A DNA stretch of 64,000 nt from Octopus sinensis (GCF_006345805.1 NC_043005.1:72850001-72914000), one strand, 5' to 3'; numbered from the stretch's first letter, positions 1 through 12,523 are shown. Notes: generated by a model not told the origin, from the sequence alone. Translations and numbers: made by a program.

Positions 1-130
1 TTATCTATTTGTTTTGCTAGATTTTTTGATGTGAAATCGTGTTTTGAAACAAGTATTGTTATTTTTGGAGATGGTCATTATGCCAATAAACAACGTCGTA
101 TTTATTTAGCCTGGTCTTTATTAATATTAT

Positions 131-365
131 TTGTTTCTTTATTACCCACAAGGGGCTAAACGTAGAGGGGACAAACAAGGACAGACAAAGAGATTAAGTC
201 GATTACATCGACCCCAGTGCGTAACTGGTACTTGATTTATCGACCCCGAAAGGATGAAAGGCAAAGTCAACCTCGGCGGAATTTGAACTCAGAAAGTAAC
301 GGCAGACGAAAAAAAGGCTACGCATTTCGCCCGGCGTGCTAACGTTTCTGCCAGCTCGCCGCCTT
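131..365 (-). mobile_element. tRNA-derived SINE, family B (GGCGGCGAGCTGGCAGAA head)
   Basis: Reverse complement reads GGCGGCGAGCTGGCAGAAACGTTAGCAC (A box) ... GAGTTCAAATTCC (B box), central GCCTTTCATCCTTTCGGGGTCGATAAA..AGTACCAG, tail GCCCCTTGTGGGTAATAAAGAAA; several near-identical copies elsewhere in the window. Confidence 0.85.
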
Positions 366-499
366 TCTTTGTTAGTATTATTAGCTTACTTGTCAACCCG
401 TGCCGACCCGTGGAGTGGGGCTGTAAACTCAAGTGCTACCCAGGGCAGCCTTCACTAGCTACACCAGAGGGCCTCAACTGGTGGTGGGGTGCTGTAGGG

Positions 500-960
500 C
501 TTATGATCTCTGAGTGTCCAAAGAAGATTTTGTTGTTAAAATTATCTGCAATAAATTGGTTAAATTTCAGCAATACATAATATATTCTGAGAGCTTTAGC
601 TTTTAATTACAATTCCTAATAATGTTTGATTATAAAAATATAAGGTTTTTTAAAACATCGAATGGTTATGAGAGTCCATCAGACTAGAATAAGAATCATA
701 GGGGCTCAAAGATAAAAACTGATTGAGAAACCCTGATCTACGCCATTGTATCCCCACGCCCTCTCACTACTTTCCACAACAATACCAGACATCAAAGATA
801 TTAGATCAATGGTTATCAACAGGGGGGTTCTTATGGCGCTTAGGAGCCCATATGGCCCTTGGGGATCCATATAAGATTTTGTTGTTAAAATTCAAGTGCA
901 ATAGATTGGTTATAGTTCCACAATGTACAAACTATTTCAACAATTTTTTATACAATTTCA
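500..960. mobile_element. two degenerate MITE remnants, possibly hAT-type
   Basis: AAGATTTTGTTGTTAAAATT segment present twice (~524 and ~873); TIR-like GATTGAGAAACCCTG at 721-735 and CAATGGTTATCAACAGGG near 808 resemble hAT termini. Confidence 0.35.
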
Positions 961-1015
961 ATTTTTTTTTACATTGAATGCCTAATGGGCTCAATTGGTA
1001 AAAAGAAAAAAAAAA

Positions 1016-1168
1016 TAGTTGAGGTGTGGTACTTAGCTTGCTTACCAACCATATGGTTCCGGGTTTCAGTCCCACTGCGTGATATCTTGGGCAGATGTCT
1101 TCTAGTATAGCTTCGGGCCGACCAAAGCCTTGTGAGTGGATTTGGTAGACGGAAACTGAAAGAAATTC

Positions 1169-1251
<83 letters not shown>

Positions 1252-1494
1252 TGTGTGTTTGTTTGTGTTTGTGTTTGTGTGTCTGTGTTTGTCCCCCCGA
1301 CATCGCTTGACAACCGATGCTGGTGTGTTTACATCCCTGTAACTTAGCGATTCAGTAAAAAACACCGATAGAATAAGTACTAGGCTTACAAAGAATAAGT
1401 CCTGGGGTTGACTTTTGCTCAACTAAAGGCGGTGCTCCAGCATGGCCACAGTCAAATGCCTGAAACAAGTAAAAGAGTAAAAAGGGAGTAAAGA
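1016..1494 (+). mobile_element. SINE family A (tRNA head, internal TA/TG microsatellite, RTE-like CCAGCATGGCC..GAAACAAGTAAAAGA tail)
   Basis: Matches about 20 other copies in the window; first of a tandem pair. Confidence 0.85.
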
Positions 1495-1535
1495 GTGAAT
1501 GCCCAATGGGCTCAATTGGTAAAAAAAAATAGTTG

Positions 1536-1687
1536 AGATGTGGTACGTTGCTTGCTTACCAACCATATGGTTCCGGGTTCAGCCCCACTGCGTGATATCT
1601 TGGGCAGATGTCTTCTAGTATAGCCTCGAGCCGACCGAAGCCTTGTGAGTGGATTTGGTAGACGGAAACTGAAAGAAGCCCGTCGTA

Positions 1688-1748
<61 letters not shown>

Positions 1749-1975
1749 TTATATGTTTGTGTGTCTGAGTTTATTCCCCTCCCCCCAACATCGCTTGACA
1801 ACCGATGGTGGTGTGTTTACGTCCCCGTAACTTAGCGGTTCGGCAAAAGAGACCGATAGAATAAGTACTAGGCTTACAAAGACTAAAGTCCTGGGGTTGA
1901 TTTTTGCTCAACTAAAGGCGGTGCTCCAGCATGGCCACAGTCAAATGACTGAAACAAGTAAAAGAGTAAAAGAAC
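1536..1975 (+). mobile_element. SINE family A, tandem duplicate of 1016-1494
   Basis: Shares the 5' flank TGAATGCCYAATGGGCTCAATTGGTAAAAA and diagnostic variants (GATATCTTGGGCAGATGTCTTCTAGTA) with the previous copy. Confidence 0.85.
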
Positions 1976-2349
1976 AAAACAAAAAAAACAAAAATAAAAA
2001 ACCCACTAAGCTCCACCATTGCGTGTCCCCATTCTCACTCACCACTTTTTCCACAACAATGCCAGACATCAGCGATATTCTCCTAATTAGATCAACGACA
2101 GACGTATTTACATCGTTTGTATAAACACTTCGGTTACCGCCACCCATCACCTCATCTGTCATTAATTCTCTTTGCTCGCCCTCCTGGTCCTGACACAGAC
2201 AACTTCCCGATTGTGAAATTACAACAGGCTTCCTTCTATTTTCGAACATTGTTACTTAATTTAACTGAATGAAGGATGGCTTCTTTTACGCTAGTCTGTC
2301 ACGTTAGATGAATCCCTGTAGCTTGCTAATTATTGATGTTGAAATAATG

Positions 2350-2930
2350 CTTGCTGATCACGACGACGACGACGACGACGAGGATGATGATGATGATGAT
2401 GATGATGACGATGATAAGGATGACGATGACGACGATGGCATTGCTGCTGTTGCTGTTGTTGTTAATGATGATGATGATGACGTCTACGACGACTACTATG
2501 ATGATGATTGATTGTAGTGATGATGATGATTGATTGTAGTAATGATGATGATGATGACGTCAATGACGATGAAGGTACTGGTGGTGGAGGGGATGATGAT
2601 GAAGATGATGATGATGATGACGACGACGACGATGGTACTTGTAGTGGAGGGGATAAGGTGATGATGATGATAACAACGACGACGAGGAAGAAGAAGAGAA
2701 GGAGGAGGGGAAGGAGGAGGAGAAGTAGGAGGAGGATGTGAAAGAAAGCGGTTGAGTTAAGGAAAGAGAGGGAGAAAACAAAGTAAAGCAGAAGAAGAAG
2801 AAGAAGAAGAAGAAGAAGAAGAAGAAGGAGAAGAAGAAGAAGATGGTGATGATAAGCACATGAAAAAGAAGAAAGAGAAGAGTGAGGAGGAAGAAGGAAA
2901 GAACACTGGAAGAAGAATATGTAGGAGGCA
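2350..2930. repeat. compound (GAT/GAC)n and (GAA/GGA)n trinucleotide microsatellite block
   Basis: Directly visible simple repeats. Confidence 0.9.
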
Positions 2931-2957
2931 GAAAGAAAATAAACATCATAATTATTA

Positions 2958-3515
2958 AGATCCGGTTATCGGCCGAGTCCATCGTAAGGATCACCCCGCC
3001 ACCTGCTTTTGGACGGGAAGGGCAGTCAGTTTTTCTCTGTCTGGTAGCTTATGGCGAAAGAAGTTGCGTGGTGGACGAGGTTGAAAAGACTGAAGACAGA
3101 TATCTTTCGTTTTCGGCCAAACCTTCATCGATTTCTTCAAGTTCCACTTGAAAAAAGGAAAGTGAAAGTAGATAGGGAAGTACTTCCACTCATTATTTAT
3201 TGTCGAAAGCCGGGTGAGTGTGGCGAGGAAGGCTCGTCTGAATGGGCCCACTCTGAACATACGCCTGTCTGCCGGAAGGTATGACGAGGAGAGAAGTGCA
3301 TGCCTGGTGCGCCCTTAGCGGTCGGGGTCACCAGGATATGTGGGGCTCCTTGGTTACTTTCAGGGATTTTTTATTGCTTAAATATTGCTTGTAATTGTTA
3401 TTGCTTTATTGTTTACACGTATTTTGGTGTTAAACCCCACTTGTTCCTTGTTTCTGTATTGTCCTTTCGTTTTGTGTTTGGCCCTTGAGGCCCATAAAGT
3501 AAAGGAAAGAATTTA
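2958..3515 (+). mobile_element. Tx1/L1-clade LINE 3' fragment (ORF2 C-terminus and 3' UTR)
   Basis: Frameshifted MAKEVAWWTRLKRLKTD..FHLKRK..DREVL, homologous to 7782-8120; 3' end GGCCCTTGAGGCCCATAAAG. Confidence 0.65.
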
Positions 3516-3680
3516 AGGACCATAGTCGTAGTACGTTTTTTTGATTGATTGGTGGTGTTTGTGGGCTTGGTAAAGAAGATGATATGAGGAAAGAATGTAA
3601 AAATTAACCGGATATACAAGCTATCGTATGCATCAGAAGATGTCTTATGGTGTGTTGTGAATACACACACATACATGCAA

Positions 3681-3713
<33 letters not shown>

Positions 3714-4117
3714 CGTACATATATATATACACATACATATATGCACACACACACACATATATATATATATGTATGTTTACACGTATGTATGTATACACAC
3801 ACATATATATATATATATACACATACATAAACACACATATGCATATATGATATATCTATCCATATATACATACATATACATACATGCATGCACATATACA
3901 TGCATTCATACGTACGTACATACATATCTACTTACACACTCACACGTAAACAACTCTTTATCCGACCGCTGTGATTTACAACTCGTACAAGAATATGTCT
4001 GTTACTTGTCATTAGGAGCTGGATAATTACTATTCTACGTCACACAGATGCACCACTTCCACTACCACCACAAGTGTAATGTAGATTCTTTGAATGAATA
4101 AATAAATAAATATATAC

Positions 4118-4389
4118 GCTTTTACTTGTTTCAGTCATTTGACTGTGGCCATGCTGGTGCACCGCCTTTAAGTCGAGCAAATCGAGCCCAGGACTTATTC
4201 TTTGTAAGCCTAGTACTTATTCTATCGGTCTCTTTTGCCGAACCGCTAAGTTATGGGGACGTAAACACACCAGCATCGGTTGTCAAGCGATGTTGGGGGG
4301 ACAAAGACAGACACACGCACACATATATATACATACACTTACATGCATATATATATATATGTATAAATACACACATATATGTATATATG

Positions 4390-4420
<31 letters not shown>

Positions 4421-4632
4421 GTATGTTTACACGTATGTATGTATACACACACATATATATACATATATACGACGGGCTTCTTACAGTTTCCGTCTACCAA
4501 ATCCACTCACAAGGCTTTGGTCGGCCCGAGGCTATAGTAGAAGACACTCTGCCCAAAGTGTCACGCAGTGGGACTGAGCCTGGAACCATGTGGTTGGTAA
4601 GCAAGCTACTTACCACACAGCCACTCCTGCAC
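4118..4632 (-). mobile_element. SINE family A
   Basis: Full-length copy with a long internal microsatellite. Confidence 0.9.
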
Positions 4633-4656
4633 CTATATAAATAAATAAATATATAC

Positions 4657-5042
4657 GCTTTTACTTGTTTCAGTCATTTGACTGTGGCCATGCTGGTGCA
4701 CCGCCTTTAAGTCGAGCAAATCGAGCCCAGGACTTATTCTTTGTAAGCCTAGTACTTATTCTATCGGTCTCTTTTGCCGAACCGCTAAGTTATGGGGACG
4801 TAAACACACCAGCATCGGTTGTCAAGCGATGTTGGGGGGACAAAGACAGACACACGCACACATATATATACATATATACGACGGGCTTCTTACAGTTTCC
4901 GTCTACCAAATCCACTCACAAGGCTTTGGTCGGCCCGAGGCTATAGTAGAAGACACTCTGCCCAAAGTGTCACGCAGTGGGACTGAGCCTGGAACCATGT
5001 GGTTGGTAAGCAAGCTACTTACCACACAGCCACTCCTGCACC
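4657..5042 (-). mobile_element. SINE family A, near-identical tandem duplicate of 4118-4632
   Basis: Appears identical outside the microsatellite, including the flank ATAAATAAATATATACGCTTTTAC. Confidence 0.9.
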
Positions 5043-5118
5043 TATATAAATAAATAAATAATAATCCTTTCTACTAAAGGCCTGAAATTTTGGAGGAGGA
5101 CACTAGGCGATGATACCG

Positions 5119-5160
5119 ACAACTTTTCGGTTGAAATACCCTCCAGCCTTCATCAGGTGT
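5119..5160 (-). ncRNA. degenerate hammerhead motif (inverted arm)
   Basis: ACAC-CTGATGA-A-GGCTGGAGGGTATTTCAACC-GAAA-AGTT-GT; mismatches in stems II and III. Confidence 0.45.
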
Positions 5161-5208
5161 CTTGGGGAAATTTCGAACTTAGGTCCTCATTCCTAAGGTA
5201 TTTTTCAA

Positions 5209-5239
<31 letters not shown>

Positions 5240-5261
5240 ATTATTATTATTATTATTATTA

Positions 5262-5305
<44 letters not shown>

Positions 5306-5442
5306 TCGCTGCCTGGAATCAAACTCGGCATCTTGTGGTTAGTAGCCCGCGCTCTTAACCACTACGCCATATGACCGTGGGCATAGTGGTTAAAAGCGCG
5401 GCCTACTAACCCCAAGATTCCGAGTTTGATTCCAGACTGTGA

Positions 5443-5502
<60 letters not shown>

Positions 5503-5593
5503 TAATAATAATAATATGATAATAATAATAATAATGATAATAATAATAATATTGATAATAATAATATTGATAATAATGATAATAATAATAATG

Positions 5594-5657
<64 letters not shown>

Positions 5658-5796
5658 CAGCATCGAAAAGTACATTAGGAATAATAATAATAATAATAAT
5701 AATGATAATAATAATAATAATAATAATGATGATGATGATATTAATTAATTGAAAAATACCTTAGGAATGAGAACTCAGGTTTGAAATTTCCCCAAG

Positions 5797-5840
5797 ACAC
5801 CTGAAGAAGGCTGGAGAGTATATCAGCCGAAACGTTGTGT
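5797..5840 (+). ncRNA. minimal type I hammerhead ribozyme motif
   Basis: ACAC-CTGAAGA-A-GGCTG(GAGAGTATAT)CAGCC-GAAA-CGTT-GTGT: stem I ACAC/GTGT, 5-bp stem II, palindromic AACGTT stem III. Confidence 0.7.
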
Positions 5841-6054
5841 TAACAACAAACAAGATGAGGACGTAAGTAATTTACATAATACCTTATCTCTTAAATATAG
5901 AACTGTATTCATCAGGGCTTCCTCGAATTCTTCTTTTGAGATTATAAGGAAATCTGTTCCGTCGTCTGGAAAACAGGGGTTTGTTACTTTCCTCCTAGCC
6001 CTTCACTAAGTAATTCTTCGGTGAGACATACTTTATCTTTTTTCTTTTAGCTTT

Positions 6055-6690
6055 TATCGTTTACTCGTTTCAGTTATTAGGCTGCGACCATTCTGGGGCA
6101 CCGCCTTGAAGAATTTTAGTCAAACGAATCAACCCCAGTCCTTTTTTTTTGTAAAGCCTGGTACTTATTCTATCGGTCTCTTTTGCACAACCGCTAGGTT
6201 ACCGAGACGTAGACACACCAGCACTGGTGGTCAAGCGGTGGTGGGGAACAAACACACACACACACATACATACACACGAGGGATTTCCTTCAGCTTTTTA
6301 TTTCTTCACTCCCCACAAGGGGTTACACACGGAGGGGGAAAAAGGACAGACGAACGCATTAAGTCGATTACATCGACCCCAGTGCGTAACTGGTACTTAT
6401 TTAATCGACCCGGAAAGAATGAAGGATGAAAGGCAAAGTCGACCTCGGCGGAATTTGAACTCAGAACGTAGCGTCAGACGAAACACCGCTAAGCATTTCG
6501 CTCGGCGTGCTAACGTTTCTGCCAGCTTGCCGCCTTATTTCTTTCAGTTTCTTTCTACTAAATCCTTTCACAAGGCTTTGGTCGGCCTGAGGCTATAGCA
6601 GAAGATACATGCCCAAGATGCCACGCCGTGGGACTGAACCCGGAACCATGTAGTTAAGAAGTAAGATTCTTACCACATAGTCACGCCTAT
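6055..6690 (-). mobile_element. diverged SINE family A with a nested family B SINE (~6300-6535)
   Basis: Family A halves are interrupted by a complete family B copy flanked by ATTTCCTTCAG / ATTTCTTTCAG (TSD-like). Confidence 0.75.
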
Positions 6691-7514
6691 GTGCTTGCAG
6701 GTCCATACATTTTCTCTAGCTTGTGAACGATTCTTCATTATAAATAAAATCTGCCAAAAATAAATCGCTTTGTTACTGATGCTATCGCTAGTGTTTGCAG
6801 TTTATTATAATTATAGGTTTTTATATTTCAGTTATTTTATTCAACACTGTTTATCTTTCATATGTGTGTTTTCCATTGAGCATCTGTCAACTCTCTTTAA
6901 TTTATACATTGGTTTTTCTTAAATGAATTTTCGAGCTTGAAAATAAATGGGTCAGCGCTACCTTTCTGATCGTGTCTTCTCGCTACTTCTTCGGCGTCCA
7001 CCTTGCACTGCAAACAACGATCAAAATAGCTATTTTCACACAAAAATATGTCGTCTGTTAAAAAAAAAAAAAGACTGTTAAAATGTCTGAGGAAGAAGCT
7101 TTCTTTCACCCAGTTACCTTGGATGGAATCATAATCTAGCAGATGCCATTTTCCTAGTAAAATTGGGAGAAAACTATATTTACTCAAAAGGTAATCCGGT
7201 TCGAAATAAATTTTTCGTGGGAACACTGATACAGATATCGATTCGAGTGAACAGTCAGTAACACTAATAATAATGTCTTGTATTGATATAAGAGAAAAAA
7301 TGAGTAGGAGAGATTAGTGGATTATATCGACCGAAGTACTTGACTGGTACTTAATCTACCTTGAAAGATTAAAGGCTTAAAGGATTAAAGTTGACTTTGA
7401 TTGGATCTGAAGTCAGAAGGCAAAATGTCTGTACGAACACCACAAGGTATTTTGTCAGATGCTCTAATGAACTTTCAGTGATAATGATGATGATGATGAT
7501 GATGATAATCGTTT

Positions 7515-8470
7515 CTTTATTGGCCACAAGGGCCAATCACAAAATCAAATAGAGACAACATAAAACAAGGGGCACGTGGGGTTTAACACAAAAATCGAGT
7601 AAACAATAAAATAACAAAACAATTAAAAAATACAATTAAATGATAAAATTCCCCAAAAGTGGAGACTTCATCCCACTTTTGGGGTAACTGAGGAACCCCA
7701 CACATCCTCGTTATCCCGACCTCCAGGTGCATCTCAGCAGGTGCCTCTCCTTCACAGTTACTCCGGTTCACAAGCGAATGTTCAGAGTAGGCCCGGCCCA
7801 TTCATACGGGCCATCTTCGCCGCATTTACCAAACTTTCCAAAAAATACTGGGGGTGTAGAACTTCCCTCTCCACCCACGGCTTTCTTTTCAAGTGGAACT
7901 TTAAAAAATCGATGAGGGCTTGGCCGAAGAGGAAAGTATCTATTTTCAGTCCTTTCAGTTTCGTCCACCACACTACCTCTTTCGCCATAGCCAACAGACA
8001 GAGGAAAGCTGCCTGTCCTTCCCGATCATAGGAAGGCGGCGGGGCAATCTTCACGATGGACTTGGCTGATAACTGGATCCGTCTTACACGCGTTAACAGC
8101 TGTTCAAAAAAGATCCACAAGTCAATAATGCTCGGACACTAAACGAGTGCATGCGGGACGGTTTCGACGCCCTGCGCACATCTCGGACACGTCCGTCTGA
8201 CAACACTTCCGTGTCTGTAGAGCTTGTATGGAACTGGCAGAGCTCCCCAGTAGCACTGCCAGGCCAGGTATTTCTTGAAATTATCCATAGGCCCTGGCCT
8301 AAAAGTTCTTCAGAAAGAAAACAACTAATTGATCCCTCCTGAGGCCCAGAGTTTCTCCGAGGACGTCGTTGCTCTTGTCCGCCACTAGTATCCTGTAGAA
8401 CTTCATAGTGGAACTTCCACCATGCAAGATCTCTACCCTGATGACGGAAGCTCATCTCATCCTATGTTAA
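7515..8470 (-). mobile_element. Tx1/L1-clade LINE 3' fragment, degenerate
   Basis: Zn-knuckle remnant CAQGVETVPHALV*CPSIIDLW followed by LLAMAKEVVWWTKLKG..LIDFLKFHLKRK; 3' end GGCCCTTGTGGCCAATAAAGAAA followed by (ATC)n. Confidence 0.75.
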
Positions 8471-8594
8471 ATGCATCCATACGGCCGCATTTTGTGATGG
8501 ACTAAATCTACTATCATTATAATGGATTGCCGAGCCCCCAGAAACAACTGTTGAATTCATAACATTATTCCACCCCTTTAATTTATTCTGTCGT

Positions 8595-8748
<154 letters not shown>

Positions 8749-8850
8749 TTTCAACTAAAAAATGGATCCATCGAAGCATGTAGAAGAATTGAAGATATAA
8801 ATGGTTTAACATTCAGAGAATTCGTTTCCTTGTTCAATTTGCCTATGTGT

Positions 8851-8883
<33 letters not shown>

Positions 8884-8889
8884 TATATG

Positions 8890-8925
<36 letters not shown>

Positions 8926-8929
8926 TATC

Positions 8930-9320
8930 ATCGGCTCCAGCTCGTGTCCGAGCATTGCGTTCGTCAGTTTCCATCCAGTCTCGTCGGCTGATGTTTGTGA
9001 CGAAAGTGACTCTGGAGTCCAAGTCAGTGTTGAAAGAGTCGTGGGCAGAACTCGCACGTGATGGTCGGTGCAGGTCGGTGATGTTGAAGACTCTCCTTTC
9101 TTCATCAGCGTATAGAGCCTTCTCGTCTCCCAAAGAATCATGCTCTACAGAGAACTTGCAATAAGTACAAGACCCAGAGGAGGTCCGAAATTAAGTTTTA
9201 AAGACCAGCTCAAACGGACCTTGGTCAAGCTAATATCCAGCCATCGTCATAGCAACAGATTGGCATAGAGAGAACAGCCTGGAGGACAGCTATTTGCAAC
9301 GGGGCCAGTTCCTTTGAACA
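8930..9320 (-). mobile_element. probable RTE-type LINE ORF C-terminal remnant
   Basis: Stop-interrupted frame TCEFCPRLFQH*LGLQSHFRHKH, a C2H2 finger like those ending RTE-clade ORFs. Confidence 0.5.
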
Positions 9321-9613
9321 ATATATTATATATATATATATATATATTATATTGTGTGAAATTTGATTTAGTATTTCTAACTTGAATTTTTTTCCTTGTA
9401 AGTTTGGATTTTATTCCCTGCCCCAGCATGGCCACAGCTCAAGAGCTGAAACTGAAAAACATAAAACATAATATAGTTAAGCATATAAATTCATTGTTCA
9501 TCATCTGAAAGCTTCGGCCTTTTTCTTTCTCTCGTTTTGCATGTATACATATATACATATTTTGTATTTGATGTACTTAATATATTTAATATATTTGATA
9601 TGCCTAATTTGCT

Positions 9614-9693
<80 letters not shown>

Positions 9694-9858
9694 TATATAT
9701 ATTGATAAAAATGGTAACACAACAAAAGAATGAAAGAGACTCGATATCTGTAAATGTAATATGTGACATCCGAAACTCGGTGTTTTATCATGGCTACCGA
9801 ATAATTGTCACATATTACATTTACAGATATATATATATATACATCCATATATATATAA

Positions 9859-9920
<62 letters not shown>

Positions 9921-10419
9921 TATATATTTGTGTGTGCGTGTGTGTGTAGGATTATCTGTGTGTGAATATGCATATGTACATATATTTATATATGTACATA
10001 TATTTATATATGTATGTTAGAAAATTTATATAAAGGAGTACACGCACAAACACAGATGTGCACACCCACACACGCATATACACGCACACATATACATGCA
10101 CACGTATACACACACGGATATACACACAGGCGTGCGTGCACGCACGCATGCACACACAGTAACCCATACGTATGCTATTTATAAACGACGAATGCATTAA
10201 TACAGCAAAGAACACATCCAAGAATCGACGTGAATACACATATTTGTATATTCCGTTATGAAACCAAATATAGCAGTGTCCCCACCTGTGCGTGTGTGTA
10301 CGTGTGTGTATGCATATGTATACATATATGTATATATGTATATATAATATATAATATATATATAATATATATATACATACATACAAGCATATACATATGT
10401 AGATGTAGGGAGAATTCAC

Positions 10420-10610
10420 ACACAAAAAAACCAACAAAAGACGAAGATAGGTGGTGTAGGCAACAAACAGATGTATTAGTATAACGCTCGGGAAGTGAAA
10501 AAATCTTTAAAGTTTCGAGCCTACGCTCTTCCACAGAAAGGAACACAGAAAAGAAACAAGGATATAAAATAGAGGATGTGTAGTGGCTAGTGATCTATCA
10601 TGACGAATAT
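10420..10610 (-). mobile_element. PLE pLTR-derived repeat with a hammerhead-like motif at 10504-10541
   Basis: Reverse complement CTTT-CTGTGGA-A-GAGC(GTAG)GCTC-GAAA-CTTT-AAAG; homologous to 38960-39128. Confidence 0.6.
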
Positions 10611-10645
10611 GTATATACGTAGATATAATTACATACATACATGCA

Positions 10646-10692
<47 letters not shown>

Positions 10693-10742
10693 ATGTATAT
10701 ATATATATATGTATAATTGTCACATATTACATTTACAGATTA

Positions 10743-10776
<34 letters not shown>

Positions 10777-10835
10777 TAGTATATATATATATATAATATA
10801 TATAGTATATATATATATATATATTATATATTGTA

Positions 10836-10873
<38 letters not shown>

Positions 10874-11026
10874 GTATGTATATATATATATATGTATGTT
10901 ATGTATGTATGTATGTATGTATGTATATATATAATATATATATAATATATATATGTATATATATGTATATATATGTATATACGTAGATATAATTACATAC
11001 ATACATGCATGCATATATAATAATAT

Positions 11027-11076
<50 letters not shown>

Positions 11077-11528
11077 GTATATATGTATGATGTATATATA
11101 TATATATATATATATTAAGTATGTATGTATGATATATATATATGTATGTATATATATATTAATATATATATATATATATATAATATATATATACATACAT
11201 GTACACTCACACAAACCCACAAAGAACACAACAAGTATATGGCGCCTTCATAGAAGAACGTATTCTAAAATAACATGTAATCCACGTTATTAGCTGTTAA
11301 GCAGATTATTTACTCAGTTCATATATCAACGGATATTCCGATCTAATGCTTTGCTTGAAATTAATCGTATCAAAGCGTAAACTGTATATTCAAAAACATA
11401 GCGAACTCGGGGCACTCCTTCGATCATATTATCATAAAATGTATCCACATATATTCATAGACAGACAGACATACGAATCTATAAACGCAAACACGAAGCC
11501 CGTACCTACAAAGGATCCATGCATGAGC

Positions 11529-11569
<41 letters not shown>

Positions 11570-11594
11570 ATCTATCTATACACACACATAGAGG

Positions 11595-12523
11595 AAGAAG
11601 GAGAGCAATAATGGGTGCTCACCGAAGGATCCTGGGGATGAGGGAGGGGAGGCGAATCTCCAGGTTACGGAGAAGATGCACCCTTCCCTAGTCGAGAAGA
11701 AAAATAAGAGGAAGAGGAGGAGAAACGGGACATTGCCGGCAGTCGGAGACATGACACCGGAGTGTCACGGAGCCTCGTCGGTTGTGCCACCGGAGAGGGG
11801 AGACACCATTGGCGGTAATTGTGCCGCCAACGGTAAAATTGACCGACCCGGACCCGATGGACCTGAAACTGTTAGTCTTCTTTTATAGAGGCGGAGAGGT
11901 GGAAAAGATAGTGAAAGAACACTACGAGGAAATACTTTTGGCCTTCACGCAGGACCCCGAATGGCCTCTGCAGATAGCTGTGGAGGTCATTACGTTGCGC
12001 CTGTTTATGATGCTGAAGGTACTAAAAGAAGAATATCGCTCGTGGCCGGGTGACGCCAACTCGGACCCTGCCTTGATTTTAAACGAAGCATAGGCTGTGG
12101 CGGAGTACACGGACACAAGCGATTATGAGGTGGAAAATTGACAAGAGGTTGAAAAGCCTCACTGTTATAATGTGTAAGAGGCTCAACGCCTCATTTGTAA
12201 ATGGACTAGTGTTGATTGTATATTGTATATTTCATTGTATATTATTGCATGTTATTGACTATTAAGTCCAATACTTGTAAGAACTGTAGTAAGATGTTCA
12301 ATACCTCGTTGAGGTGGAAAAATTGACTAGAGGTTGAAAATCCTCACTGTTATAAAGTGTAAGAGGCTCAGTGCCTCATTTGTAAATGAACTAGTGTTGA
12401 TTGTATATTGAATATTTTTTGCATGTTAATATTTATAATGGTCTATTAAGTCCAAAAACTGTAAAAACTGTTGTGAGAGGTTCAATACCTCGCTTTGTTT
12501 ATTCTGTTTACAAAAAAAAAAAA
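11595..12523 (+). mobile_element. retroposed fragment: GC-rich frameshifted ORF, ~180-bp duplicated 3' UTR and poly(A)
   Basis: ORFs 11676-11888 and 11782-12093; UTR units ~12127-12310 and ~12310-12492; A-run at ~12511-12523. Confidence 0.45.

Larger units (their letters stand above)
5118..5910 (+). mobile_element. tRNA-headed, (AAT)n-containing, hammerhead-tailed non-autonomous element with an inverted 5' partial copy (~720-bp palindrome)
   Basis: Head-to-head A/B-box units at 5301-5370 (-) and 5378-5447 (+); arms 5118-5208 and 5748-5840 are reverse complements. Confidence 0.75.

Noticed and set aside
2308-2994. Poly-Asp, poly-Met and poly-His ORFs resembling acidic biomineral proteins
   Set aside because: Trinucleotide microsatellites, with no signal peptide or splice evidence
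4126-5053. Recurrent [14 protein letters not shown].. ORFs (also 30406, 43219, 61007) that look like a gene family
   Set aside because: Translations of family A SINE sequence, not genes
6897-7226. GKWHL motif suggesting a sulfatase, and a 77-nt plus-strand exon candidate (YLGWNHNLADAIFLVKLGENYIYSK)
   Set aside because: The sulfatase signature needs GY.T...GKWHLG context, which is absent; neither reading has other support
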